Assembly: GCF_963921235.1 (NCBI RefSeq)
Contig: NC_086108.1
Coordinates: forward strand, 55,306,001 to 55,370,000
DNA length: 64,000 bases
Direction of reading: 5' to 3'
Source of the DNA: Mobula hypostoma
Lineage: Eukaryota
Below the pieces are notes generated by a model. That model had not been told where the DNA came from. It saw only the letters and a program-made list of their open reading frames with translations, and ran no database searches. A program made the translations under genes and the position numbers. Shown one piece after another: positions 12,495-23,705 of the stretch (within the stretch, counting starts at the first letter, position 1; each line of letters opens with the position of its first letter).

Positions 12495-15071
12495 GCAAAA
12501 GGTTTGCGGAGGAGAAATCTAAATGGGAATGCAGAAAATGCATCTTTAGTGACATGTTGCACTTCATAGTTTTGTATGCTTCAAGCATGCTGTCAACCAG
12601 CTGCATGTGGTTTGGTGCTCTGTAGTTGCCATGAAAAATGTTAACATCCATAAATGCCTTCCATGCGATTTATTCCGGTCCCACCAGAAGTTCCTCAAAT
12701 TGCCTGTCATTGATGCCCTGCTTGATTTGTGGACAAACAAAAATGCCTTCTTTCATAATGGCATCAGTTATTCTGAGAAACATATGTCTCAAATATCAAA
12801 ATCCTTCATGGAAATTTTTGTGTCTGGTAATGGCAGATTCTATCCTTAGAGTCTTGAACCCAGTCTGGCCTTTGACAAACTCAAGTCTCTGACCAGGTCA
12901 TTTAACTTAGATTGAGTTATCAGGAAGGAAAATCCTGCCTGGCTAACTGACTGAAATTTTTTGAGGAAATTACAAGCGGTATAGACAAAGGAGATGCAGT
13001 AGATGTGCTGTACTAGGATTTTCAGAAGGCCTTTGACAAGGTGCTGCCCATGAGACTTAGCAAGGTAAGTGCCCATGGAATTACAGGGGAGTTGCTGGCA
13101 TGGGTGGAGCATTGGCTGATTGGCAGAAAACAGGGAGTGGGAATAAAGGGATCCTATTCTGGCTGGCTGCCAGTTACCAGTGGAGTTCCACAGGGGTCGG
13201 TGTTGGTACTACTGCTTTTTACGATGTATGTCAATGATTTGGACTGTGGGATTAATGGATTTGTGGCTAAATTTGCTGATGATGCAAAGATAGTTGGAGG
13301 AGTGGGTAGTGTTGATGAAACAGAGAGCCTGCAGAGAGACTTAGATAGTGTAGGGGAATGGGCAAAGAAGTGGCAAATGAAATGGGTAGACTATTATTTA
13401 GTTAGGGAGAGAATTCAAAATGCAGAGATGCAAAGGGACTTGGGAGTCCTTGCGCAGGATACCCTAAAGGTTAACTTCCAAGTTGAGTTGGTGGTGAAGA
13501 AGGCGAATGCATTGTTGGCATTCATTTCTAGAGGTATAGAATATAAGAGCAGGGATGTGATGTTGAGGCTCTATAAGGCACTTGTGAGACCACACTTGGA
13601 GTATTGTGTGCAGTTTTGGGCTCTTTATTTTAGATAGGATATACTGACATTGGAGAGGGTTCAGAAAAGATTCACAAAAATGATTCTAGGAATGAAAGGG
13701 TTACCATGAGGAATATCTGGCAGCTCTTGGGCTGTATTCCCTGGAGTTCAGGAGAATGAGGGGGGATCTCATAGAAACATTCCAAATGCTAAAAGGCCTG
13801 AACAGGTTAGATATGGCAAAGTTATTTCCCATGGTAGGGGACTCTAGGACAAGAGGCATGACTTCAGGATTGAAGGACGTCCATTTAAAACAGAGATGTG
13901 GAGAAATTACTTTAGTTAGATGGTGTTAAATCTGTGGAATTTGTTGCCGAGAGCAGCTGTAGAGGCCAAGTCATTGGGTGTACTTAAGGCCGAGATGGGT
14001 AGGTCCTTGATTAGCCAGGGCATCAAAAGGTATGGGGGGAAGGCAGGGGAGTGGGGATGACTGGAAGAATTGGATCAGCCGATGACTGCATGGTGGAGCA
14101 GACTTGATGGGCCAAACGGCCTGCTTCTGCTCCTATATCTTATGGTCTTATGGCTCACTTGATCTAAAGGGTTCAACATCTGTATCCGTACGTGTCGTTT
14201 TCCATTCCTGACTTGTGCATCATGGCACCTTCATCTGTCTCCTCTAAACTCCATGTCTTTGGTGGCTTTGGTACTGGAAGACCATCATCATGTGGTGAAC
14301 ATCTCGTGGCTGAAGGGAGATTGGGGGTTGTCAGTAGATTTCTTGTTTTTAGCAGAGAAACCAGACACACTGGTCAGACATAAGTAGCAGTCTGTCACAT
14401 GATCCTCCTGCTCTCACCATATCATTGGGATAGCGAACATCATTGACTTCTGAGTACCTCTGAGAGAAGCCCTAAGATGGACAGCCGATGTTATGCAACA
14501 AATGTGAGGAGCCCAGGCTTTGTCATGGTCATCAATTTTACATTCAAAGTAGAGCCCTTAGGCTTTCTTAAGAGGAGTCGTGCTCCATCTTTTAGAATTA
14601 AGCGTATATTCGCCACAAATATAACAAAGTACTGTAGTTATTATAACATTAACAAGACATTTTGCTATCACAATGCTCCTGAAAGTACGATTACTTTATT
14701 ATAATGAGTATACCCAATATGATATTCTCATAGAGTATGTGCGTCAACATGATCACAAACTGATATACATGTAAATACAATGCATAGAACAGTGTGTGCA
14801 TGATGCTTTTATAGCCTTTCTAAAGCGTGTCCTGCCATGCAGCATCTGCCCTGCCTGAGCATACACAGGCATGCCTGGACAAGATAGAAAACTTTTCAGC
14901 TGACATCGGCAAAATTTTAATTGACTTTAATAATGGGTTGAAATAACAAATTTAGGCTTTTTTTTAATGGTGCATGATAGAGAAATTTCACAGTGATTTT
15001 CCAGTCGGCAACCCAAAATCCATAAGATACACCTAAATATATTCAGGAAGCACAATCTTTATTGTCCGATG
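12495..15071 (-). mobile_element. Chapaev3-type (CMC) DNA transposon remnant with transposase pseudogene, internal deletion and CR1 insertion
   Basis: Manual minus translation: CYICGEYTL..LYFECKIDDHDKAWAPHICC..FAIPMIW*EQEDHVTDCYLCLT..PNLPSA (14660-14153); ITQSKLNDLVRDLSLSK, KEGIFVCPQIK, GNYRAPNHMQLVDSMLEAYKTMKCNMSLKMHFLHSHLDF (12923-12500); terminal sequence 14983-15071. Confidence 0.85.
12924..14152 (+). mobile_element. 5'-truncated CR1 LINE inserted in the Chapaev3 transposase
   Basis: ORF 13041..13637 (SGVPQGSVL..KFADD..LVRPHLEYCVQFW); tail 'atcttatggtcttatg'. Confidence 0.95.
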
Positions 15072-15199
15072 TTAAAGGAAATTATTAACTTTATAACAGT
15101 AAAGTACAGAAAGAAAAATGATTAATAAAGTAGTAAAAGAAACAAAGTAATACTTATCAATAAATTACGAAGCCATGGCACACTGGAGGGGACTTCTTG

Positions 15200-15814
15200 T
15201 GTAGGTAACGCTCAGTTATATTGGCTCGTATATGTCCAGGGGAAATCCCATCCAGCACCTGCCTCAACACTTCCCACGGAGTCGGTTACCACCCGAATCA
15301 ATCCCAAACATCAGTCATCAGCCAGCACACCCAATTTGTTTTACCAAGTACACTTTATAGATATTACTAATCCTATGACATTAATATAAATTCGATACAG
15401 AAAAGGAAGTAATGAAAAAAAGGCGCCAAGACTTATCAAAGTCCAAGTTCTTCGCGTGCATCCGTTGGAGCTCAATTGATTCCTGACGACCACCCGAATC
15501 CTGTCGACTCACGGCTCGGGACCACCTGAAGTGATCAACCGGAGCCTTTCCGCATGTCCGCCGTCCTCCCCATCTCTCCTCCGACTCCCCGCCAAAACCC
15601 CGTCCCCAGTCATATGATACGGCATTATCATCCGAAAACCAAATGGTACATGAACACCCATTGGCTAATACCATCCTGCTGTCTGTATTAACCCAAGCAA
15701 TTGTCTAGCTAGAGACTTTCTCAGCATTTAACATAACAAAGAAGCATTCCCCAGTATAACATAACAAAGAAGCCATTTTAAATTTAACTTACAAAAAAAG
15801 AAAGACCCCATACA
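15200..15814 (-). mobile_element. Probable solo LTR related to 28713-29311
   Basis: TGTA...TACA termini; shares 'gtgca..gttggagctca', 'ctcagca.ttaaca' and 'aagaaa..ccc.taca' motifs with the 28713 copy; no clean TSD. Confidence 0.6.
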
Positions 15815-18565
15815 TGTATTTGATATTTTAATAATATTTGAGTAATCATATATACTGTTTATTTGATTAAGCATGCTTGTTTTTAATTTATTGCAGGTTA
15901 TATGTATAAATATATTAATTGCATATGTCATCATGCTACTACGTGATATGTGCACACAACGTTTAAAGTAAACTGAAGTTAAACCCGTATTACTAGATTC
16001 CTGTACCTTCCTTTGAATTAATTTATCTTTTGAAATTACGAACACAAATGGTGACAAGGTATTTTTTAAAACAACCCCAAGAGAGATATTGCCCTCTTGA
16101 AGTGCAGTGAAGCATTTGAGTTCTTAAAAAAAAAGCAGTGAGGAATGGCAAGTGAAAATTGCAGCCCAGCACGTGTAGTGATGGTAGAGTGTTTTTTTTA
16201 AAAAAAGCATCACAGACTATGTTCTTTGAAAAGGAAGACATGATCGAGTATTAAAATAAATCGGAAAACATAAGAATTTATAGGTTTATAAAGAGTGAGT
16301 GCAGGGTGATAATCATAAAATCACAGCAGAATTGGCTGGCTATGCTTAAAAAAAGATGGGTTTCATTACACAAAAGATAACTTGATTTCATACACTGGGC
16401 AAATAGAACAGTATTATGAAGCAAATGAAATAGCCAATGCGAAACAAATACCAAATTTGTTAAGTGCATTGGGATTAAAGGCATACAGTTTGCCTAGAGA
16501 TTTAACTGCTCCAACCAAACAAGCAGAAATTAGGTTTGCTGATAATTGTCAAAGTAATTCAGGAGCATTTAGAGCCAAAGTCATTGTTGTTTGCAGAATG
16601 TGTTGGTTTTCGTAAGTGGAATCAAAAACAAAGGGGAGTTCATTTCAGCAAATGTGGCTGAATTAAAGATGTTGTCAGAGCATTGTCAGTTTGAAAATGG
16701 CCTTAATGGTGTACTGAGAGATTGTTTAGTTTCTTGAATCTCACAAGAAAGGATTCAAAACCGGCTTCTAACTGAAGCACAACTTGCATTTAAAAAAACA
16801 ATTGAAATTGCTGTTTCAATGAACCACAGACAGATGAAATTGAGATGCAGTCAGGAATTAAAGTGAGCATGAGTAAAATTGCAGTGTCTAAACAGAAACC
16901 AGCCTGGCTGAAGACATTGTTACCACTGTGGCAGGGGCTCACATACACCAAACAAATACTGGGTTAAGGGTGAAACTTGCAGGAAATGCAATAGAGTAGG
17001 CCACATACAAACAGAATGTCAGGCAGACAAAAGTAAGTGGACTGCACAGAGAAGAGAAAAATAAAGTCAAGTTTTGCAGTTTCAAAGAAGGCGCTAATCT
17101 GCACGCTGTTGATGAAAAATATAATAATGATGAGACAGACAAACGCCACTGTATATAACCTTGAGATTTGCAATGTGATAACTAACAATAGACCAGCAAT
17201 ATGGATTCTGCTGGAGATTGAATGACAAAGCCTCCTGGTTTGACTGTTTCAGTCATTCGAAAAAAAATGAGTTTGAACAGCATTTCAAAGATACCAAAAT
17301 GTAGCCTGTAGATTTCCAACCAAGAACCTGTACTGGAGAAGAAATAACTCCTTGGGATGACATTAGTAACAGTGAAATATAACAACCAACAAACAACATT
17401 GAGCGTTGTGGTAAAAACAGCATTGTGGGGGATAATAGGCTGAAATATCTACAACTTGATTGGAAATCCATCCATCATCTGTAAGCCACATCCTCTGCAA
17501 CAGTCAACTGAAAGTGAATTAAGAAAGATGCTGGATGATGCCACAACTGCCTCCATGCTGTACACCATGAACTGTTGCCCAACAGAGGATAAACAGGTGT
17601 TGATGCCAACCCCTGTGCCTCTGGTTTCGGAAAGCATATTGGACCAAGGAAGGATCTTGCTCAGAGGAATTGTGCAAGTAATGAAAGCAGTCATCAGAAA
17701 ACAACAGTTTTTGTAGGCAACATATCTGAAAAAGCTTCTGCTAGGTTAAGCCGGAGTTTACTTGCGAAATGTAACTTGGTTTTAAGCTGGAAGAGAGTTC
17801 AAGGAGTTTCAGGAAAGTTGCAAGCATTCGACTTTTGTGAGTATAAAGAACCAGAATCTATTCTGCGTGCATTAAGGTTATTGTATGCAAAGACCAAAGC
17901 CCAGCTGGATGAATGGCAGGCCAAAAAGAAAGTAGTCAATGGAAATAGGAAACAGAGGATTCATCAGATGATGTTGTGGATGTGGAAACCAAGAGGAGAG
18001 ATCAGATTGTAAAGGGAGCAATAGATGGACTAATAAGAGAATATTCCAGTGATCTAAATGCACCTTCCCAAGATCAAGATGCAGAAACTAGAAGAAGAGA
18101 AAGGAAAGTGAAGAAAGGTATCCTGAACTGTCAGAACCATTTCCTACTGTCTCAGAATGAACTCCTACAGCCACTATGGAGGACGCTGTAGAACCTGAGA
18201 TTGCTTCAGTCGCAAATCTCACCTGCCAAGCAATGACCTCCACCCCCTTGTCAGGAAAGACATTATCCCACAAGAGTAAGAAATCCTCCTCAACAATTAA
18301 TCTTTAGGCCTAAATGGGACAATCTAAAGTTTACTATACTGTGGACGTCTGTGTATAGTAGTTGTATTGTGTGTGTGTATTTACATTCATGTATTCTGTA
18401 CATGTAACATGCATATATTATATGTATAAAGAAGTAAATTGCATACTTCATCACACTGCCACGTGGTATGTGCATGCCTTGCTTAAAGTAAACATGAAAT
18501 TTGATCAACCTTCTCAGACTCCCTTCTCTTCCTTTGAATTAGTTTATGTTTTAAAGTTACAAAAT
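15815..18565 (+). mobile_element. Decayed Ty3/Gypsy LTR retrotransposon (two LTRs, PBS, gag and zinc knuckles, most of pol deleted)
   Basis: LTR-like repeats at about 15815-16046 and 18360-18565; PBS-like TGGTGACAAGG at 16049; gag ORF 16382..16615 (IEQYYEANEIAN..LLSALGLKAYSL..LTAPTK); CYHCGRGSH and CRKCNRVGHIQTEC knuckles at about 16920-17020. Confidence 0.85.
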
Positions 18566-18569
18566 CGTT

Positions 18570-18895
18570 GAAATTTTCTCTGCACTCGAGCATCTATCTT
18601 TCCTGTAGGTAGGTGACTAGAACTGAACAGAATTATCTAAATTTGGTCCTACCAATGTCTTCAAAACACTTTGCAATCAATGAACATTCCTGATGAAGGG
18701 TCTTGGCCTGAAATGTCAACTTCTTTAACTTTTACATAGATGCTGCCTGACCTGCTGAGTTCCTTCAGCATTTTGCGTGTGTTATTCCTGTACTCTGTGC
18801 CCTGATTTATGAAGACCAATATGCTAAATGCCGCCTTTACTACCCTATCTGTATTGTCATTTTCAAGGAATAACGGATCTGTATTTCCAGGACAT
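18570..18895 (-). mobile_element. CR1 fragment interrupted by a short Penelope terminal-repeat piece (18689-18784, +)
   Basis: Antisense CR1 RT C-terminal sequence flanks 'cctgatgaagggtcttggcctgaaatgtc..gatgctgcctgacctgctgagttc'. Confidence 0.7.
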
Positions 18896-19493
18896 AATTC
18901 TGGAATTGTGGTTTGTTATAACTAATGACATAGCCTAGATGAAAGTTCTGTCCCACGCCACATCTACTGTTCCCTGAAGCTTCCATGAGATTTTTGGGTC
19001 CATTAGTTTTTAAACATTTTCAGAGCGTTAGAAAAGTTTGTGGCTGCATTAAATTTGTGAAGCAACAAGTCATACTCAGATGCAGATGAAGAAACAGTCA
19101 GCTATTGGACAAATTTAAATAAAGATCTTTTTAAAAATAGTTAGGAATCCTTGTTAATGGGGAAACTAAATATTTACAGAGGTGCATTTCATACAGATTT
19201 GAACAATGATTTCAATTACAAGAGAAAAATTAAAGGTTCTTGTACAACTTTACCAATTAAAAATTTTGCTTCAGTAACATTTTGTGTTAATTTACCTTGA
19301 CTTTCATTTCCTGGGTACTTAAGTTCCAAATTCTGTTTAATTCTGGATAAAATGTTCTTCAGCTACATATGTGAATATTATTACCTTTGAGTGTATTATT
19401 TTGTCCAATGTGGATGTTAAGTTTTGTGAGGAAGTGATAGAAAAGATGTTCTCTTCCCCTCACCCCCCACCCCCCAGCCTCAACTTGCATATA

Positions 19494-19662
19494 CAGTGCC
19501 TATAAAAAGTATTCACTACCCCCTCCCCCCCCCCAGAAGTTATAATGTTTTATTGTTTTACAACATTGAACCAGAGTGGATTTAATCTGGCTTTTTATGA
19601 CACTGATCAACAGAAAGACACTTCCTGTGAAAACAAATCTCTCCAAAGTGATTTAAATTAAT
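19494..19662 (+). mobile_element. Tc1-like transposon terminal fragment
   Basis: TA followed by CAGTGCCTATAAAAAGTATTCAC, a typical vertebrate Tc1 TIR start. Confidence 0.65.
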
Positions 19663-19671
19663 TTTTTTTGT

Positions 19672-19868
19672 GCAGTTGTTAAGTCGAGTCCAACTCTTCG
19701 TGACCTCATGGACCATAGGGTCCATGGGGTTTTCATGGTAAGATACGGAAGTAGATTGCCAGGTCTTTCTTCCACGCAGATACTGCTACTGCCCAGGCTG
19801 GGACCCGGCTGGGTTTGAACTCAGGACCATCTGCCTTGAAGTCGTGTGCTGATGCTGCTACAGCACCA
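19672..19868 (-). mobile_element. tRNA-derived SINE with RTE/Bov-B-like 3' tail
   Basis: Minus-strand head with B box GAGTTCAAACC; tail 'agtcgagtccaactcttcgtgacctcatggac..atacggaagtagattgcca' resembles the antisense RTE/Bov-A end. Confidence 0.65.
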
Positions 19869-19879
19869 GAAATTACTTT

Positions 19880-22800
19880 CTTTTCTCCCCCCTTTTTGTA
19901 TTTGCAGTGTTTGTTGTTTGCACATTGGTTGTTGTCCATCCTTTCGGGTGTGGTCTTTCATTGGTTTTATTGTGCTTTTTGTAATTACTGTGATTGTCCG
20001 GAAGAAAATCAATCCCAGGATTGTATCTGGTGACATATACCATAGAAACTACAGCACAGAAACAGGCCTTTTGGCCCTTCTTGGCTGTGCCGAACCATTT
20101 TCTGCCTAGTCCCACTGACCTGCACACGGACCATATCCCTCCATACACCTCCCATCCATGTATCTGTCCAATTTATTCTTAAATGTTAATAAAGAACCCG
20201 CATTTACCACCTCGTCTGGCAGCTCATTCCATACTCCCACCACTCTCTGTGTGAAGAAGCCCCCCCAATGTTCCCTTTAAACTTTTCCCCCCTCACCCTA
20301 AACCCATGTCCTCTGGTTTCTTTCTCCCCTTGCCTCAGTGGAAAAAGCCTGCTTGCATTCACTCTATCTATACCCATCATAATTTTATATACCTCTATCA
20401 AATCTCCCCTCATTCTTCTACGCTCCAGGGAATAAAGTCCCAACCTATTCAACCTTTCTCTGTAACTGAGTTTCTCAAGTCCCGGCAACATCCTTGTAAA
20501 CCTTCTCTGCACTCTTTCAACCTTATTTATATCCTTCCTGTAATTTGGTAACCAAAAACTGAACACAATACTCCAGAGTCGACCTCACCAATGCCTTATA
20601 CAACCTCATCATAACATTACAGCTCTTATACTCAATACTTTGATTAATAAAGGTCAATGTACCAAAAGCTCTCTTTATGATCTAGTTACCTGTGACGCCA
20701 CTTTTAGGGAATTTTGTATCTGTATTCCCAGATCCCTCTGTTCCACTGCACTCCTCAGTGCCTTACCATTAACCCTGTATGTTCTACGTTGGTTTGTCCT
20801 TCCAACGTGCAATACCTCACACTTGTCTGTATTAAACTCCATCTGCCACTTTTTTAGCCCATTTTTCCAGCTGGTCCAAGTCCCTCTGCAGGCTCTGAAA
20901 ACCTTCCTCACTGTCTACTACACCTCCAATCTTTGTATCATCAGCAAACTTGCTGATCCAATTTACCACATTATCATCCAGATCATTGATATAGATGACA
21001 AATAACAATGGACCCAGCACTGATCCCCGTGGCACACCACTAGTCACAGGCCTCCACTCAGAGAAGCAATTCTCTACCACCACTCTTTGGCTTCTTCCAT
21101 CGAGCCAATGTCTAATCCAATTTACCACCTCTCCATGTATACCTAGCAACTGAATTTTCCTAACTAACCTCCCATGCGGGACCTTGTCAAAGGCCTTACT
21201 GAAGTTCATGTAGACAATATCCACTGCCTTCCCTTCATCCACTTTCCTGGTAACCTCCTCGAAAAACTCCAGTAGATTGGTCAAACATGACCTACCACCC
21301 ACAAAGCCATGTTGACTCTCCCTAATAAGTCCCAGTCTATCCAAATGCGTGTAGATTCTGTCTCTTAGTACTCCCTCCAATAACTTACCTACTACCGACG
21401 TTAAACTTACTGGCCTATAATTTCCCGGATTAATTTTCAATCCTTTTTTAAACAACGGAACAACATGATCCACTCTCTAATCCTCCGGCACCACACCTGT
21501 AGACAGCGACATTTTAAATATTTCTGCCAGGGCCCCTGCAATTTCAACACTAGTCTCCTTCAAGGTCCGAGGAAACACCCTGTCAGGTCCCAGGGATTTA
21601 TCCACTTTAATTTTCCTCGAAACAGCAAGGACCTCCTCCTTTTCGATATGTACAGTTTCCATGATCTCACTACTTGTTTCCCTTAATTCCATAGACTTCA
21701 TGCCAGTTTCCTTAGTAAACACAGACGCAAAAACCTGTTTAAGATCTCCCCCATTTCCTTTGGTTCTGCACATAGCCGACCACTCTGATCTTCAAGAGGA
21801 CCAATTTTATCCCTTACAATCCTTTTGCTCTTAATATACCTATAAAAGCTCTTTGGATTATCCTTCACTTTGACTGCCAAGGCAACCTCATGTCTTCTTT
21901 TAGCCCTCCTGATTTCTTTCTTAAGTATTTTCTTGTACTTCTTATACTCCTCAAGCACCTTATTTACTCCCTGCTTCCTATACACGTCATACAACTCTCG
22001 CTTCTTCTTTATCAGTATTGCAATATCCCTTGAGAACCAAGGTTCCTTATTCCTATTCACCTTGCCTTTAATCCTGACAGGAACATACAAATTCTGTACT
22101 CTCAAAATTTCTGCTTTGAAGGCTTCCCACCTACCGATCACATCCATGCCAGAAAACAACCTGTCCCAATCCATGCTTTTTAGATCCTTTCTCATTTCTT
22201 CAAATTTGGCCTTCTTCCAGTTAAGAACCTCAACCCTAGGACCAGATCTATCCTTGTCCATGATCAAGTTGAAACTAATGGTGTTATGATCACTGGAACC
22301 AAAGTGCTCCCCTACACAGACTTCTGTCACTTGTCCTAACTCATTTCCTAACAGGAGATCCAATATTGCATCCCCTCTAGTTGGTCCCTCTATATATTGG
22401 TTTAGAAAACTTTCCTGAACACATTTTACAAACTCTAAACCATCTAGACCCCTAACAGTATGGGAGACCCAATCAATATATGGAAAATTAAAATCCCCTA
22501 CCACCACAACTTTATGTTTCCTGCAGTTGCCTGCTATCTCTCTGCAGATTTGCACTTCCAATTCTCTTTGACTATTGGGTGGTCTGTAATACAATCCCAC
22601 TAATGTGGCCATACCTTTCCTGTTTCTCAGCTCCACCCACAAGGACTCAGTAGACAAGCCCTCTAATCTGTCCTGCCTGAGCACTGCTGTAATATCTTCC
22701 CTAACAAGCAATGCCACTCCCCCACCTTTCATTCCTCTGCCTCGATCACATCTGAAACATCGGAACCCTGGAATATTAAGCTGCCAGTCCTGCCCCTCCT

Positions 22801-23705
22801 GTAGCCAAGTTTCACTAATTGCTACAACGTCATAATTCCACGTGTCAATCCACACCCTCAACTCATCCGCCTTCCCCGCAATACTCCTTGCATTGAAATA
22901 TATACACCTCAGAAGATTTTTACCACCACCCACAACCTTTCTATTAGTGGATTTGCTTGAACTTTTAACATAATTTATTTTCACCCCAGCCACACTGTCA
23001 GCTCTGGTACTGTGGTTCCCATCCCCCTGCAAATCTAGTTTAAAGCCCCCCCCAATAGCATTAACAAACCTCCCTGAAAGGATATTGGTCCCCCTGTAGT
23101 TTGTGTAACCTGTCTCTCTTGTACAGGTCCCACCTGCCCCAGAAGAGGTCCCAATTATCCTGAAATCTGAAACCCTGCTCCCTACACCAGTTCCTCAGCC
23201 ACTTGTTCATCCTCCAGAGCATCCTATTCCTACCCTCACTGGCACCTAGCACAGGTAGCAATCCTGAGATTACCACCCTCGAGGTCCTGCTTTTCAACTT
23301 CCTACCAAGCTCTCTATACTCACTCTCCAGGACCTCCTCACTCTTCCTTGCTATGTCATTGGTACTGATGTGCACCATGACATCTGGCTGATCACCCTCC
23401 CACTTCAGAATGTCATGCAATCGATCAGAGACATCCTTGACCCTGGCACCTGGGAGGCAACAAACCATCCTGGATTCTCTGTCACGACCACAGAACCTCC
23501 TATCTGCACCTCTAACTATTGAGTCCCCTATCACTACCGCTCTCCTCTTTTTCCACCCTCCCTTCTGCACTGCAGAGCCAGACCCAGTGCCAGAGATCCG
23601 GCTACTGCAGCTTGTCCCAGGTAAGTCATCCCCCCCCCCCCAACAGTATCCAATGCAGTATACAGTATGTACTTTGATAATAAATTTACTTTGAACCTTA
23701 AGATA
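19880..23705 (+). mobile_element. Rex1/Babar 3' tail (19880-20040 and 23664-23705) split by a CR1 insertion
   Basis: 'gattgtatctggtgacatatac' rejoins 'tatgtactttgataataaatttactttgaac'; same tail is intact at about 53280-53340. Confidence 0.7.
20041..23663 (-). mobile_element. Near full-length young CR1/HER1 LINE (partial ORF1 esterase, ORF2 endonuclease and RT, 3' tail)
   Basis: ORF1 23061..23723 (VVIGDSIVRG..VHISTNDI); ORF2 in frameshifted pieces 21698..23032, 21477..21773, 20832..21473 (YRPVSLTS..KAFDKV..KFADDTK), 20675..20911, 20204..20566. Confidence 0.97.

Noticed and set aside
12495..14660. Domesticated transposase or RAG-like gene
   Set aside because: Multiple stops, frameshifts, a large deletion and a CR1 insertion indicate neutral decay
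21698..23032. 444-aa ORF as a host gene
   Set aside because: It is the CR1 ORF2 endonuclease region within a frameshifted LINE
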